Positions 9,023 to 20,600 of a DNA stretch of 64,000 nt are shown piece by piece; position 1 is the stretch's first letter; the number at the start of each line of letters is the position of its first letter. The position numbers and the translations under genes were made by a program. Below the pieces are notes generated by a model. The model was not told the origin of the DNA. It made no database searches and saw only the letters and a list, made by a program, of their open reading frames with translations. The stretch comes from Bacteroidota bacterium (GTDB lineage Bacteria; Bacteroidota; Bacteroidia; Bacteroidales; SZUA-534), in contig QKGS01000052.1 in assembly GCA_003250355.1 (NCBI GenBank), positions 1,908 to 65,907 of the forward strand. The letters are read 5' to 3'.

Positions 9023-9192
9023 TAATACTTCTTTATTTTTTAATTTTCAAAAATATAATTTTACTGCAACATCAATAAGTATTAATAAAAAAATGAAGTG
9101 TAACTAACCAATTTAAATGGTACTCCCAAATGTTTTTTTTATCTTCGTTAATGTAGTTCATTAATAAAAATACACCCATTTTTAATTTTAAA

Positions 9193-11235
9193 ATGAAAAT
9201 AAACAGCATATACCAACAGCTATTAATAAATATTGTTATTCCGGTAATATTGGGGCTACTTATTTTAGGTATTTTTAGTTATAAAAACACAAAAACCATT
9301 CTAGATCAACACGATAATACAGAAAAGGACTTTATTTACGATGAAATTCGCTCATTTGTTGAATTACAATTTGTAGCTCTTGATATTATTGAAGAACCTG
9401 TTGAAAAGGAACTTGAAAAATTTAGTAATATTTTAGTAACTAAAATATTTAAAAACACTTCAAATATTGAAAATGCCAACCTTATTGAAGTTAGAAAAGA
9501 GCTTGGTATGAATGAGAAAGACTTTGACCTTTATATAATTAATAAAGATGGTATTGTTGTTAACACTACATTTCGCGAAGACCTTTTCATTAACTTTTTT
9601 AACTTTGGTAATGTTCATGAACGATATTTAAATAAAGTTTTTCGAGACGAAAAATTTGACAGTCCAACGTTTTTCTTTGAACACAAAACCAAACGATACA
9701 AAAAATATTCATATCAACCTACACTTGATAATAGATATATTATTGAAATAGGAGTTTACTCATATCAGGCCGATCAGGTATACGACTATATGATTGATCA
9801 TCTTGTTGAAATTCCGGTAAAAAAGCCAAATCTTACAGATGTCGATTTATTCTTTTGGCTTGATAAGCCAACACCGCTAAATTTAAAAAAAGAGTTTTTC
9901 CCCGAACATTTATCGGCACTACCTAGTTTAGCACAAGGACAAACTGTAACATTGCCTCACTCCAACACCAATGGGAAGGAGATAAATTACAGCTATTTCT
10001 TTATTGAAAATGTGAATCCAAAACTTATTCGCGGAACCATTGTAAGAATCGCCAACGACCCTGCGGCTCAGAAAGCTTTCATAAAAAAAGAGCTTACTAA
10101 AATTATTGGTATTTTATTATTCTCAATAATTGTTGTATATGTAGTAATATTTGTAAGAGCTCATAAAATTGTAAGCCCAATAAAAATGCTGATAGAAACA
10201 ACAAAACGAATTGCTAACGGCAATTATAGTGAACGTGTTAATACATTGGGTAACAATGAAATATCAGAACTTTCAAAGCAGTTTAATAAAATGGTCAACA
10301 ATATTGAAGAACGCAATAATCAAATTGAAGAACAATCGGAATTTCTATATCAGGCAAACCGAAAAATTAATGATGCATACAAACTCTTAGACCACCAAAA
10401 AAGCTTACTCGAAAATAAACAAGACGATATTACAGCAAGTTTAAATTATGCTTTAAGAATTCAAGAATCACTAATTCCAACACCTGAAGAATTTGATGAA
10501 ATATTCCCTGAATCATTTGTACATATAATGCCCCGCGATATAGTAAGTGGTGATTTTTATTGGTTTTCAAAAATAAAAGATAAAACCATAGTTGTAGCTG
10601 CCGACTGTACCGGGCATGGTGTTCCCGGAGCTTTTATGAGCATGATAGGAATGACAATTCTTCATAACCTTGTCAATTATGAACATATTTTAGACCCGGC
10701 TTCTATTGTTAAGCGACTTGATGCTGAAATATGTGATTTATTGGTATATCGCAATGCTTCTCAACTACGTTTTGAAGGAATGGATGCAATTGTACTTTGC
10801 ATTAACAATAATAACAATACTGTTACATATGCAAGTGCTCAAAGACCATTAGTTTTAATCAGAGATGGAGAAGTTCAAACATACAAGGGCAGTATATATC
10901 CTATTGGAGAATACTACGACGATATTCAAAAAATATTTAAAAACACAGAAATTGAACTTAAAGAAAACGACCTAATATACTTATTCTCTGATGGTTACAC
11001 TTCTCAGTTCAATGAAGAAAATACCAAAAAATTTAATTTAACTAAATTTAAAACCCTTCTGAAAGATATTCATAAAAAACCTATTAAAGAGCAAGCTATT
11101 ATTTTACAACGAACTTACGAAGCATGGAAAGGTTCAAATGAGCAAATTGATGATATTTTGGTGCTAGGATTCAAGTATACTCCCGGAATGGAAAAGAAAA
11201 AAATATCAGCTAAAACTATAATTGAAGAGCTATAA
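9193..11235 (+). CDS. Membrane sensor with HAMP domain and PP2C/SpoIIE-family phosphatase output
   Basis: 680 aa. N-terminal TM, periplasmic region, second TM, then HAMP (PIKMLIETTKRIANGNYSERV). The PP2C-like core has SGDFYWF, ADCTGHGVPGAFMS, FSDGY and DDILVLG. Confidence 0.8.
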   Translation: MKINSIYQQLLINIVIPVILGLLILGIFSYKNTKTILDQHDNTEKDFIYDEIRSFVELQFVALDIIEEPVEKELEKFSNILVTKIFKNTSNIENANLIEVRKELGMNEKDFDLYIINKDGIVVNTTFREDLFINFFNFGNVHERYLNKVFRDEKFDSPTFFFEHKTKRYKKYSYQPTLDNRYIIEIGVYSYQADQVYDYMIDHLVEIPVKKPNLTDVDLFFWLDKPTPLNLKKEFFPEHLSALPSLAQGQTVTLPHSNTNGKEINYSYFFIENVNPKLIRGTIVRIANDPAAQKAFIKKELTKIIGILLFSIIVVYVVIFVRAHKIVSPIKMLIETTKRIANGNYSERVNTLGNNEISELSKQFNKMVNNIEERNNQIEEQSEFLYQANRKINDAYKLLDHQKSLLENKQDDITASLNYALRIQESLIPTPEEFDEIFPESFVHIMPRDIVSGDFYWFSKIKDKTIVVAADCTGHGVPGAFMSMIGMTILHNLVNYEHILDPASIVKRLDAEICDLLVYRNASQLRFEGMDAIVLCINNNNNTVTYASAQRPLVLIRDGEVQTYKGSIYPIGEYYDDIQKIFKNTEIELKENDLIYLFSDGYTSQFNEENTKKFNLTKFKTLLKDIHKKPIKEQAIILQRTYEAWKGSNEQIDDILVLGFKYTPGMEKKKISAKTIIEEL

Positions 11236-11445
11236 AAAAGAAAGGCGTAACCATCTTCCCCTCTTTCTTCATGCGGCTACACCCTTCATTCCACAAAAAT
11301 TAACTCAATGAAAACTTATAAAACTATTGTTTCATTTAGTTTAACGATCATAGAAGTGTATTGTTCACAAACAATTGAAAAAGTTACAAAATATTAACGT
11401 ATTGATTCCTTAAAAAAACTAGACAGAGTTCATATTACATACACT

Positions 11446-11850
11446 CTATTTCTCTAAAATGTATCCCTTTTTATTTATTGCTTCCAATGCCTCTCTTTTT
11501 GATATATATATATCACCATCGGTTTCCCACCATGTTTCACCATAACTAACTTTTGTTTTTTCGCAATTATTGTTTGGCTCAAACGTAATATTTTCTATTG
11601 ATTTCACTTTTATTTCATTACTACGAACGTGTAATATTTTAATTTTTATTGGTTTGGCATGTTTTTCATCCTCAAGCTGCAAAACACATATTCCATATGA
11701 TTCTACTCCCGGCTTTACCCATTGAGCCGTATTATGTTCTTTTAATGCATTTATAGGCTCAATTGTTATTTTATCTTGTGAGTGATTATTTTTACCACAT
11801 CCAAACAAAATAAACAATAGAGTTACATATATTAATTTTATCCACCTCAT
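11446..11850 (-). CDS. Hypothetical lipoprotein
   Basis: 134 aa. Signal peptide ending in the lipobox LFGCGK. Confidence 0.55.
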   Translation of the reverse strand: MRWIKLIYVTLLFILFGCGKNNHSQDKITIEPINALKEHNTAQWVKPGVESYGICVLQLEDEKHAKPIKIKILHVRSNEIKVKSIENITFEPNNNCEKTKVSYGETWWETDGDIYISKREALEAINKKGYILEK

Positions 11851-11888
11851 TGCAATTGTTTTTTGAGCATTTAAACAAATATAGTTAA

Positions 11889-12338
11889 TTAAATTGATGC
11901 ATAATCAGGGAATCCGTCCATATACCTGTATGTATTTTCATTATAAAGCATTTTACAGCAATAGTGCTCCATTCCATTGGTAATTATTAAATAATCGACA
12001 TTTAGTTTTAGATTATATGTAGCTATTTGATTAAATACTTCCTGCGTTATTTTTACATCAGGCGCCTTGCATTCAATTATTAATTTAGGTATACCTTCAC
12101 GGTTAAAACAAACTATATCGCAACGCCGTTTTAAATTGTTGAACTTTATTTCCATTTCAACAGAAATAAGTCCTTTTGAATATTTCAGCTCATTAATTAT
12201 AAAATGAATAAAATTTTGCCTAACCCATTCTTCGGGTGTAAGGGCAACATATTTATTTCTACAAATATCAAATATTGTATTGTTGTAACTGTTTATAGTT
12301 AAAACACTCGAATAATCAGGTAAGTTCAACTCTTGCAT
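11889..12338 (-). CDS. HsdR N-terminal-domain (PD-(D/E)xK-like) protein
   Basis: 149 aa. CDIVCF...LIIECKAP matches the D...E-x-K core of the HSDR_N_2-type fold. I recall this small family next to holA in Bacteroidota genomes. Confidence 0.6.
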   Translation of the reverse strand: MQELNLPDYSSVLTINSYNNTIFDICRNKYVALTPEEWVRQNFIHFIINELKYSKGLISVEMEIKFNNLKRRCDIVCFNREGIPKLIIECKAPDVKITQEVFNQIATYNLKLNVDYLIITNGMEHYCCKMLYNENTYRYMDGFPDYASI

Positions 12339-12436
12339 TTATATTATTTTTGCTGCAAAAGTATGTTTTATTGAGTACAAAACTATTTTATAAAACAAAA
12401 AATCACTAGGTTTGAAGCTACACTAAAGCTATTGCA

Positions 12437-13207
12437 ATGCGTACAAAAAAAGAAATTGTAAATAACTGGTTGCCCCGATATACAGGCAGAAAAATTGAAG
12501 ATTTTGGAAAGTATATTTTACTTACCAACTTTCAACATTATATTGAAGAATTTGCACGAATATTTGAAGTGGAGGTTGTGGGTGAAGATTGCAATATGCC
12601 CAATGCCCATGCAAAGGGTATAACCATTATAAATTTTGGTATGGGAAGCCCCAATGCTGCAACTATTATTGACTTGCTCTCGGCTATTGAGCCCAAGGCA
12701 GTATTATTTTTGGGCAAATGTGGAGGGTTGAAACATTTCAGTTCATTGGGCGATTTAATATTACCAATAGCTGCTATCCGCTCCGATGGTACGTCAAACG
12801 ATTATCTACCACCGGAAATACCGGCATTACCGGCATTTAATCTTCAGCAGGCAGTAGCTGCAGCTATTCGTAAATATGAACGCGATTACCTTACCGGCAC
12901 AGTATATACTACAAACAAAAGAGTGTGGGAATACGACGAAAGATTTAAAAAATATTTGGAAAAAACACGTTCTATTGCTATTGATATGGAAACCGCTACA
13001 ATATTCTGTGTTGGCTTTGCTAATCATATCCCTACCGGAGCATTGCTACTGGTGTCAGATCAACCAATGATTTCAGCGGGGGTAAAAACAGCGGCCAGCG
13101 ATGCAATTGTTACCAGCAAATACGTAGAGCACCATTTAAAAATTGGTATAAATTCTCTATTAGAAATTATTGAGAATAAAACATCGGTAAAGCACCTAAA
13201 ATTCTAA
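12437..13207 (+). CDS. amn: AMP nucleosidase-like nucleoside phosphorylase (PNP_UDP_1 fold)
   Basis: 256 aa. N-terminus KEIVNNWLPRYTG, then GMGSPNAA, FLGKCGG and DMETATIF, which are typical of short AMP nucleosidases. Confidence 0.6.
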   Translation: MRTKKEIVNNWLPRYTGRKIEDFGKYILLTNFQHYIEEFARIFEVEVVGEDCNMPNAHAKGITIINFGMGSPNAATIIDLLSAIEPKAVLFLGKCGGLKHFSSLGDLILPIAAIRSDGTSNDYLPPEIPALPAFNLQQAVAAAIRKYERDYLTGTVYTTNKRVWEYDERFKKYLEKTRSIAIDMETATIFCVGFANHIPTGALLLVSDQPMISAGVKTAASDAIVTSKYVEHHLKIGINSLLEIIENKTSVKHLKF

Positions 13208-13224
13208 AAACATATTATACCTAA

Positions 13225-14250
13225 ATGCAAACTTTTGAGCAGATATTAGTTGACATAAAAAAGAAAATATATAAACCTATTTATTATTTAATGGGTGAAG
13301 AGGTATTTTACATTGACGAGATTACAAAAAAACTTGAAAAAGAGATACTTCCCGAAGCAGAGCAAATGTTTAATCAAACTATACTATACGGTAAAGATAC
13401 CGATATGGGTACATTACTAAATACTGCTCGCCGATTTCCTATGATGTCGAATTACAATGTTGTGATACTTAAAGAAGCGCAGGAATTGAAAGGTATAGAG
13501 GGGTTGGCAGCAGGTGAAACAGACCCTTTTTTACTTTATGCCGAAAATCCGCCCGAAAAAACAATAATGATTATTAACCTTCGCGGCAAATCACTCGATA
13601 AACGAAAAAAATTATATAAAACACTTGACAAAAACGGAGCTCTGTTCGAATCAAAAAAGCTTTACGACAATCAAGTAGGGGCATGGATTTCAAAATATGT
13701 TGGAAGCAAAGGTTATTCTATCGATATGCAAGCAGCAGAGCTTATGGCCGGGCATATTGGCAATGACTTGGCAAAAGTTGCCAATGAAGTAGAAAAACTT
13801 ACAATAACGCTGCCTAAAGGTTCTGCAATTAATAGTAAAATAATTGAAGAAAATATTGGTATAAGCAAAGAATTCAATGTGTTTGAACTTCAAAAAGCTA
13901 TTGGAAAATGCGATATTTATAAAGTAAATTTAATAGTAAAACACATAGGGCAGAATCCAAAAACCAAAAGCATTATACCAATGATAGCAACACTTTACGG
14001 ATATTTCACAAAAGTGTTTATGGTTCATTATGCCGACGATAAATCGAAAAGTTCAGTAGCATCTTTAATAGGTGTTAACCCGTTTTTTGTAGACGATTAC
14101 TTAGTTGCTGCCCGAAATTATTCAAAGGCTGCCTGTGTATCGGTTATAGGTATTTTACGCGAATACGATGCCAAATCGAAAGGCATTGATTCACCCACGG
14201 TCGACGATGCCGATTTAATGCGCGAAATGATGTATAAAATACTACACTAA
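13225..14250 (+). CDS. holA: DNA polymerase III subunit delta
   Basis: 341 aa. N-terminal PIYYLMGEEVFYID and the overall delta-subunit layout. Confidence 0.8.
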   Translation: MQTFEQILVDIKKKIYKPIYYLMGEEVFYIDEITKKLEKEILPEAEQMFNQTILYGKDTDMGTLLNTARRFPMMSNYNVVILKEAQELKGIEGLAAGETDPFLLYAENPPEKTIMIINLRGKSLDKRKKLYKTLDKNGALFESKKLYDNQVGAWISKYVGSKGYSIDMQAAELMAGHIGNDLAKVANEVEKLTITLPKGSAINSKIIEENIGISKEFNVFELQKAIGKCDIYKVNLIVKHIGQNPKTKSIIPMIATLYGYFTKVFMVHYADDKSKSSVASLIGVNPFFVDDYLVAARNYSKAACVSVIGILREYDAKSKGIDSPTVDDADLMREMMYKILH

Positions 14251-14252
14251 CA

Positions 14253-17200
14253 ATGTCGGCACTCACTATATACAAGGCTTCGGCAGGTTCAGGTAAAACA
14301 TTTACGCTTGCTCGCGAATACCTTAAAATAATGTTTAGTTCCGATAAAGCTTTTGCAGGAATATTGGCTGTAACTTTTACTAAGAAAGCCACAGCCGAAA
14401 TGTCGGAAAGAATTCTTTCCGAATTGTATCTCCTTGCGTCGGGCAATGAGTCAGGGCACTTAAGTTCATTAATAGAGGAATATAAATTATCGGAAAATGA
14501 GGTTAGGCAAAAAGCCGATTTTTATCTAAAACGGATACTTCACAATTATCATTGGTTCAATATAAGTACTATCGATAGCTTTCTGCAGGGTATTTTAAAA
14601 TCATTTACACGCGAAGTGGGATTAAATGCCGGGTTCAACGTTGAGTTGAATCAGCATATGGTTATTGAAGAAGCCGTAGCAATAATGTTCGACAAACTTC
14701 ATGAAAATGAAAATTTGCGGCGTTGGTTATACGACTTTGCAAAAGATAAACTCGATGCCGGTAAAAGCTGGGATATACAAAAAGAACTTGTTGAATTTGC
14801 CAAAACAGCATTGAAAGATCATTTTTATAGCTTATCGCAAAATGAAATAAATGAAATAGCTGATATTGAGAAGTTTGCTCAGTACAAAAAAGAGCTTCAA
14901 GAAATAATTAATAGTTTTTCTCAAGAAGTTATAAATATAGGAATAGAAGCAGTTAGGTTAATTGAACAACACAATCTTTGTGTAGATGATTTCAATAATG
15001 GAAAAACCGGTGTAGCCGGTTATATGCAAAAGCTTAGCACGTTAAAGTTTTTTGAGATTGGAAAAGAGCAAATACCCAAAGCCAGAGTTAGAAATGCTGC
15101 AAATTCCGACGATGGCATAACCGGCTGGGTAAAGAAAAAATCGCCAAAGGAATTGGAAATTCAGGCTTGTGTAAACAATGGATTACATAAGCTTGTACTA
15201 AATGTGGTAGATTTGTTTGATAATAAATCGGAAGATTTTTTTACCGCAAGAGCAATTTTAAAAGAGATTGACTCATATGCAATTCTTGTTGAAATATTCA
15301 AAGAGGTAATAAATTATTGTACAGAACAAAATATATTCCTATTGTCAATGTCATCGCCATTGCTGGCAAATATTGTAGGTAAAGACGATACTTCCTTTAT
15401 ATATGAAAAAACAGGGCAATTCCTTAAAAGCTTCATGATAGATGAATTTCAGGATACTTCGTTAGTGCAGTGGAATAATTTCTTCCCTTTGGTATTAAAC
15501 TCGATTTCTGAAAATAACCGCTCGCTGGTAGTTGGCGATATTAAACAGTCGATATACCGATTTAGAAATGGTGACTGGACTTTACTCGACAGCCAAATTA
15601 AAAATCAGTTTGCGGGTTATGGAGTAAACGAAGAGACATTGCCTAATAACTGGCGTAGCTTTGGTAATGTGGTTGAATTTAACAACTGCTTATTTGAAAC
15701 GTCTCCGCAAATACTTCAAAATTATTTTAACTCCGGTTTGCCCGAAGAATTTATAAATGAATTACATACCGATACGTTTATACGAATATTTAATAATTCG
15801 AGCCAGTTAATTCCACAAGAGAAAAAAATAGGCAAGGGAAAAGTAACGGTTAATTTTTGCAATAAAACAAAAGAAGACGATATTGAAAGTTTTGAAAATC
15901 AATACGATGAGTTTTTGTCCAAAATGGACAATGCCATACTTGAGTTAAATGAAGCAGGTTATGCTCCGGGGCAAATAGCCATTTTGGTGCGAACAGGTAA
16001 AGAGGGTGCTATGGTTGCCGATTATTTAATGAAAAAGTCACTTGAGCAACCTCACAAAGCAGATGTTTACAGTTTTATCTCTTCCGACTCGGTATTTTTA
16101 AAATCATCGGTTGTTATACAGGCAATAGTTTCGATATTACAATTAGTAGAATTGCCCGATAATAGCTTATTTAAAGCCAATGTACTTTTTCTGACAAATA
16201 AATTAAACGGAAATAAAATATCGGTATCTGATTTATTAATTACTGAAAATATTTTGGACAATGACCATTTTCTAAGTTTACTACCCTCTCAGTTAGTAGA
16301 ATTGTTTGAAGAGTTGAAGCATAAGTCATTGTTAGAGTCGGTTTATTCAATTAACGGAGTATTTGAAATTCTGGGATACGTTACTGAAACTGATTATCCA
16401 TTTATAAATACATTCTTCGACCAAATACTAGTATTAGTAAATAAAGGAAAGTTTGACTCTACCTCGTTTTTGCAATGGTGGTCAGAAAACGGCCATGTAT
16501 ATCCGGTACAGATATCGGAACAAAAAAATTCTATGCGCATTATTACTATTCATAAATCGAAGGGACTTGAGTTTGATGCAGTAATTATGCCATTTGTAAC
16601 ATGGGATATGGGAATGAAAAACCGAAATGTAATTTGGTGCGAAACCAAAGGTGTTTTTAACAAAATATCAAGAGTGCCGGTTAATGCAGTAAAAGAACTG
16701 GAATACACCCAATTTCGCAATAAATATTACAATGAGTTACTTCTTACTTATGTCGATAATATTAATGTGTTATATGTTGCTGTTACCCGCGCCAAAAAAG
16801 CAATGTATATCAATGCTCTGTTACCTTCCAATGAAGATAAAATTAGCAATTCAGGGGCATTACTATATAAATCGATAATTGATAATACAATACTAAATAA
16901 TTATTTTAATAAAGATAGCTTAGCTTTTGTTTATGGAGAATTAGAACCGCAGGAAAAAGTATCTGACAACAAAGAGAATACCCCTGTAAAAGCAGAAAGA
17001 GTTCAGAGTAAAACCAATAAGCTAAATGTGCGGATTCATGATATTGAATACTATAAAACAGAACCGGAAAATGACAAAGCCGGAAAAGGACGTATTTTCC
17101 ATAAAATAATGGAAGAGATTAAATACATTTCAGACATTGACAATACTATAAATAAAATGGTTATTTATGGCGAACTGTCAGAAAAAGAATCGCTACAAAT

Positions 17201-17498
17201 AGGCAATTTAATAAAAAATACAATAAAGGAATCAGGTAAAGAAGCATGGTTTATGCCCGGAGCAAAAGTTTACAATGAGCGTTCTGTAGTGTTAAGTAAT
17301 GGAATATTAAAACGCCCCGATCGCTATATGATTGTTGATGGTAAGCATATTGTGGTCGATTATAAATTCACAGAACAAGCATCGGCTAGTCATAAGCATC
17401 AGGTTAGGGAATATATGCATTTGCTTAAAAATATGGGAGATAATAATATTGAAGGTTATGTGTGGTATTTCCAAAAAGGTGAACTAATACCTGTCTGA
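14253..17498 (+). CDS. UvrD/AddA-like helicase-nuclease (SF1 helicase + C-terminal PD-(D/E)xK)
   Basis: 1081 aa. Walker A ASAGSGKTFTL, DEFQDTS, IHKSKGLEF and VAVTRAK. C-terminal nuclease motif RPDRYMIVDGKHIVVDYKF. Confidence 0.85.
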   Translation: MSALTIYKASAGSGKTFTLAREYLKIMFSSDKAFAGILAVTFTKKATAEMSERILSELYLLASGNESGHLSSLIEEYKLSENEVRQKADFYLKRILHNYHWFNISTIDSFLQGILKSFTREVGLNAGFNVELNQHMVIEEAVAIMFDKLHENENLRRWLYDFAKDKLDAGKSWDIQKELVEFAKTALKDHFYSLSQNEINEIADIEKFAQYKKELQEIINSFSQEVINIGIEAVRLIEQHNLCVDDFNNGKTGVAGYMQKLSTLKFFEIGKEQIPKARVRNAANSDDGITGWVKKKSPKELEIQACVNNGLHKLVLNVVDLFDNKSEDFFTARAILKEIDSYAILVEIFKEVINYCTEQNIFLLSMSSPLLANIVGKDDTSFIYEKTGQFLKSFMIDEFQDTSLVQWNNFFPLVLNSISENNRSLVVGDIKQSIYRFRNGDWTLLDSQIKNQFAGYGVNEETLPNNWRSFGNVVEFNNCLFETSPQILQNYFNSGLPEEFINELHTDTFIRIFNNSSQLIPQEKKIGKGKVTVNFCNKTKEDDIESFENQYDEFLSKMDNAILELNEAGYAPGQIAILVRTGKEGAMVADYLMKKSLEQPHKADVYSFISSDSVFLKSSVVIQAIVSILQLVELPDNSLFKANVLFLTNKLNGNKISVSDLLITENILDNDHFLSLLPSQLVELFEELKHKSLLESVYSINGVFEILGYVTETDYPFINTFFDQILVLVNKGKFDSTSFLQWWSENGHVYPVQISEQKNSMRIITIHKSKGLEFDAVIMPFVTWDMGMKNRNVIWCETKGVFNKISRVPVNAVKELEYTQFRNKYYNELLLTYVDNINVLYVAVTRAKKAMYINALLPSNEDKISNSGALLYKSIIDNTILNNYFNKDSLAFVYGELEPQEKVSDNKENTPVKAERVQSKTNKLNVRIHDIEYYKTEPENDKAGKGRIFHKIMEEIKYISDIDNTINKMVIYGELSEKESLQIGNLIKNTIKESGKEAWFMPGAKVYNERSVVLSNGILKRPDRYMIVDGKHIVVDYKFTEQASASHKHQVREYMHLLKNMGDNNIEGYVWYFQKGELIPV

Positions 17499-17649
17499 CA
17501 CCCTGATTTTAAAAGTTTGAAGCACTTGTATTTAAAGAATACTTTTATTATTATTAAAATATCAAAAAGAGTAACTTTCACAGCTAAGCACAACAACTTT
17601 ATTGTTTGCCTGTAAGTTATTTTAAATTAAAGAATTAACTACATAAATT

Positions 17650-20600
17650 ATGTATATTAAAAATAAATTCCAATTAAAGATTTTATCTTTTATTATTCCC
17701 GTTGTTGTATTGGTTATTTTGTTAATAGGAGTTTTTGTAGCTCTTAATAACAAGAGTTTTATTTTGGGTAAGGCTCAGAATTATGCCGATATGATAACCC
17801 TTAAAGATAAAGAAAAGGTTGAAGGTTTTTTTAAGTTAAAAGCAGCCGAGGTTGAGGCTTTGTCTTCAATGCTATCGGGTAAATCAATGAGACTAACACC
17901 CGAATTAGATTTATTGTACGATAACATATTGATGGGACAAGTTAAAAATAATGCATCAATAGGCAATGTTTGGGTATTGTGGAATAGTAGTTTTATTCAC
18001 GATTCATTGTTAAGTCAGGGGTGGATTTGGAAAAATTACTCCATCAAGGGAATTGAAAACACAGAAATTGGTTCAACCGAATCGTTTGAACAGCGATTTG
18101 AAAATATAATAAAATCAAACAGCACCGGAGCATCTGATCCATTTAAAGAAAATGGAAGACTAGTATTAGTAATGGGTGCCCCAATTAAACATATTACCGG
18201 AATTGTAGGCTATGTTGGTATTGAAGTTAAGCTCGACGAACTAAAAACAATACTTGAAAATGATAATGAGGTTAACTATTCGAGCATATTGTCAGGAAGC
18301 GGTTTATTTATATATGATTTCAATAAAAAAATAATAGGCCAATCATTTGAAAGTAGCTATCCTGAAATAGTTGAGGAAATAGACGTAGAAAAGAAAATAA
18401 GCCTTGGTGAAAAATTCTATTACAAAGAAAATATTGATGGAATAGATTACTATTCAAACTTTGAACCATTTAATATTCCGGGCAATACAAAAAAATGGTC
18501 AATAAAATCGACTGTGCCGGTTGGTTTTATTGCTGATGGTCATTCAAAATCTGTTTTGGGTTCAATAGTTTTTGCATTGGTTTTGGTTGTGGTAATGGTT
18601 TTTGTACTAATAAAATTCATTACAAAAATAATGGAGCCTGTTTCAAGTGTTAATAACGCTTTAGAAATACTATCAACAGGTAATATTAAAGGTGTTGAGG
18701 TACTTGACACAAAATCGAACGATGAACTTGGTCAAATATCGGGCTCGCTAAATACAGTCATAGATAGTTTATTAAAAACAGAAAAGTTTGCAATAGAAAT
18801 AGGTAGCGATAATCTCGATTCAGAATACAATGTAATAAGCGAGTACGATCAGTTAGGCAAGGCACTGCTTGAAATGCGGAGCAGTTTGCGAAATAGCCGT
18901 AACGAACAGGAAAAACGAAAACTTGAAGAAGAAAGAAATTCATGGGCAAATGTTGGTATTGCTAAATTTAGCGAAACACTGAGAAAAGATACCGACGACA
19001 TGAAGAAACTAGGATTTAACCTAATTTCTAACCTTATCGATTATCTTAATGTAAATCAAGGGGCTATGTTTGTAAAAGCAGAAGTAGATGATGACCAGGA
19101 AGATTATTTTGAACTTGCAACAGCAATAGCTTATGGACGCGATAAATATATGCAAAAAGAGATAAAAATGGGCGAAGGGCTTGTTGGTCGCAGTATTTAT
19201 GAGCAAAAAACCATTTATTTAACCGAAATACCCGATGATTATATGAATATAACTTCGGGACTTGGTACATCTACCCCTAAGAGCATTTTGGTAGTACCAT
19301 GTGTGCTTGAACAAGAGGTCTATGGGGTTATTGAAATAGCATCATTTACCGAAATAGAGCAACATGAAATAGAGTTTGTTGAGAAACTGGCAAGTTCTAT
19401 AGCTTCAACTATTGCCAATGTTCGAATGAACGAAAAAACAACAAAACTACTGGCAGCTAGTCAACATCAGAGCGAAGAGCTTGCTGCACAGGAAGAAGAG
19501 TTGCGCCAAAACCTTGAAGAAATGGAAGCGACTCAGGAAGACCTGAAACGCCAAATGGAAGAAAATTCTCAAATGAGAGTGAATCTTGAAAAACAAAACA
19601 CACTGCTCGATGCCTTGTTAAGTTCATTACCCGACTTTATTTACTTTAAAGATGAAGATTGTAAGTTCTTACGCATTAGCGATTCAATGCTTCATATTTT
19701 CAATGCAGAGCAAGTTGGAGAGGTAATAGGAAAATCTGATTTTGACTTCCAACCACACGAATTGGCTAAAAAATATTTCGACGAAGAAAAACAAATAATG
19801 CAAAGCCGAAACGGATTCATTGATAAAATACAGAAAGAAACTCTTAAAGATGGTTCCGAAGTATGGTCGTCTATTACTAAATTACCTTTAATAACTGCCA
19901 ATGGCGACTGTATAGGAACTTTCGGAATATCGAAAAATATTACAGAGCTAAAAGAAATAGAGGTTGCCGCAAGCGAACAAAAAGCTCTCCTTGACGCATT
20001 GCTTAAAACCTTACCCGACTATATATACTTTAAGGATAGGGATTGCAAATTTCTTCGAATCAGTAATTCAATGCTTGAACTATTCGATGCTGATACTGTT
20101 GACGAAGTTATTGGAAAAACCGATTTCGACTTCCAAAAGAAAGAAGATGCCCAAGAGTTCTACGATGAAGAACAAGATATTATTAAGAGTAGAAGAGGCT
20201 TTACCAATAAAATAGTAAGTGCAGTAAAACTCGATGGTACTGAGGCTTGGTATTCTATTTCAAAACTGCCGCTTATAGGTGATAATGGTAAGGTTATTGG
20301 AACTTATGGAATATCGAAGAATATTACTGAATATAAGTATGCCGAACTGCAAGCTAAAAAACAGAATACCCTTCTTGATTCACTATTAGACCTTCTGCCC
20401 GACTATATCTATTTTAAAGATACTGAAAGCCGATTCCTGCGTATAAGCAAATCAATGCTGCATATATTCGATGCCGATACCGTTGATGAAATAATTGGTA
20501 AATCAGACTTTGATTTCCAACCAAAAGCTTCTGCTCAGGTTTACTACGATGAAGAAAAAGAAATAATGCGAAGCCGAAAAGGGATTGTCAATAAGCTATT

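Noticed and set aside
9193-11235. The SpoIIE/PP2C sensor phosphatase as part of a partner-switching system.
   Set aside because: No STAS/anti-sigma-antagonist or anti-sigma kinase genes are adjacent, so it cannot be called a system from this window.
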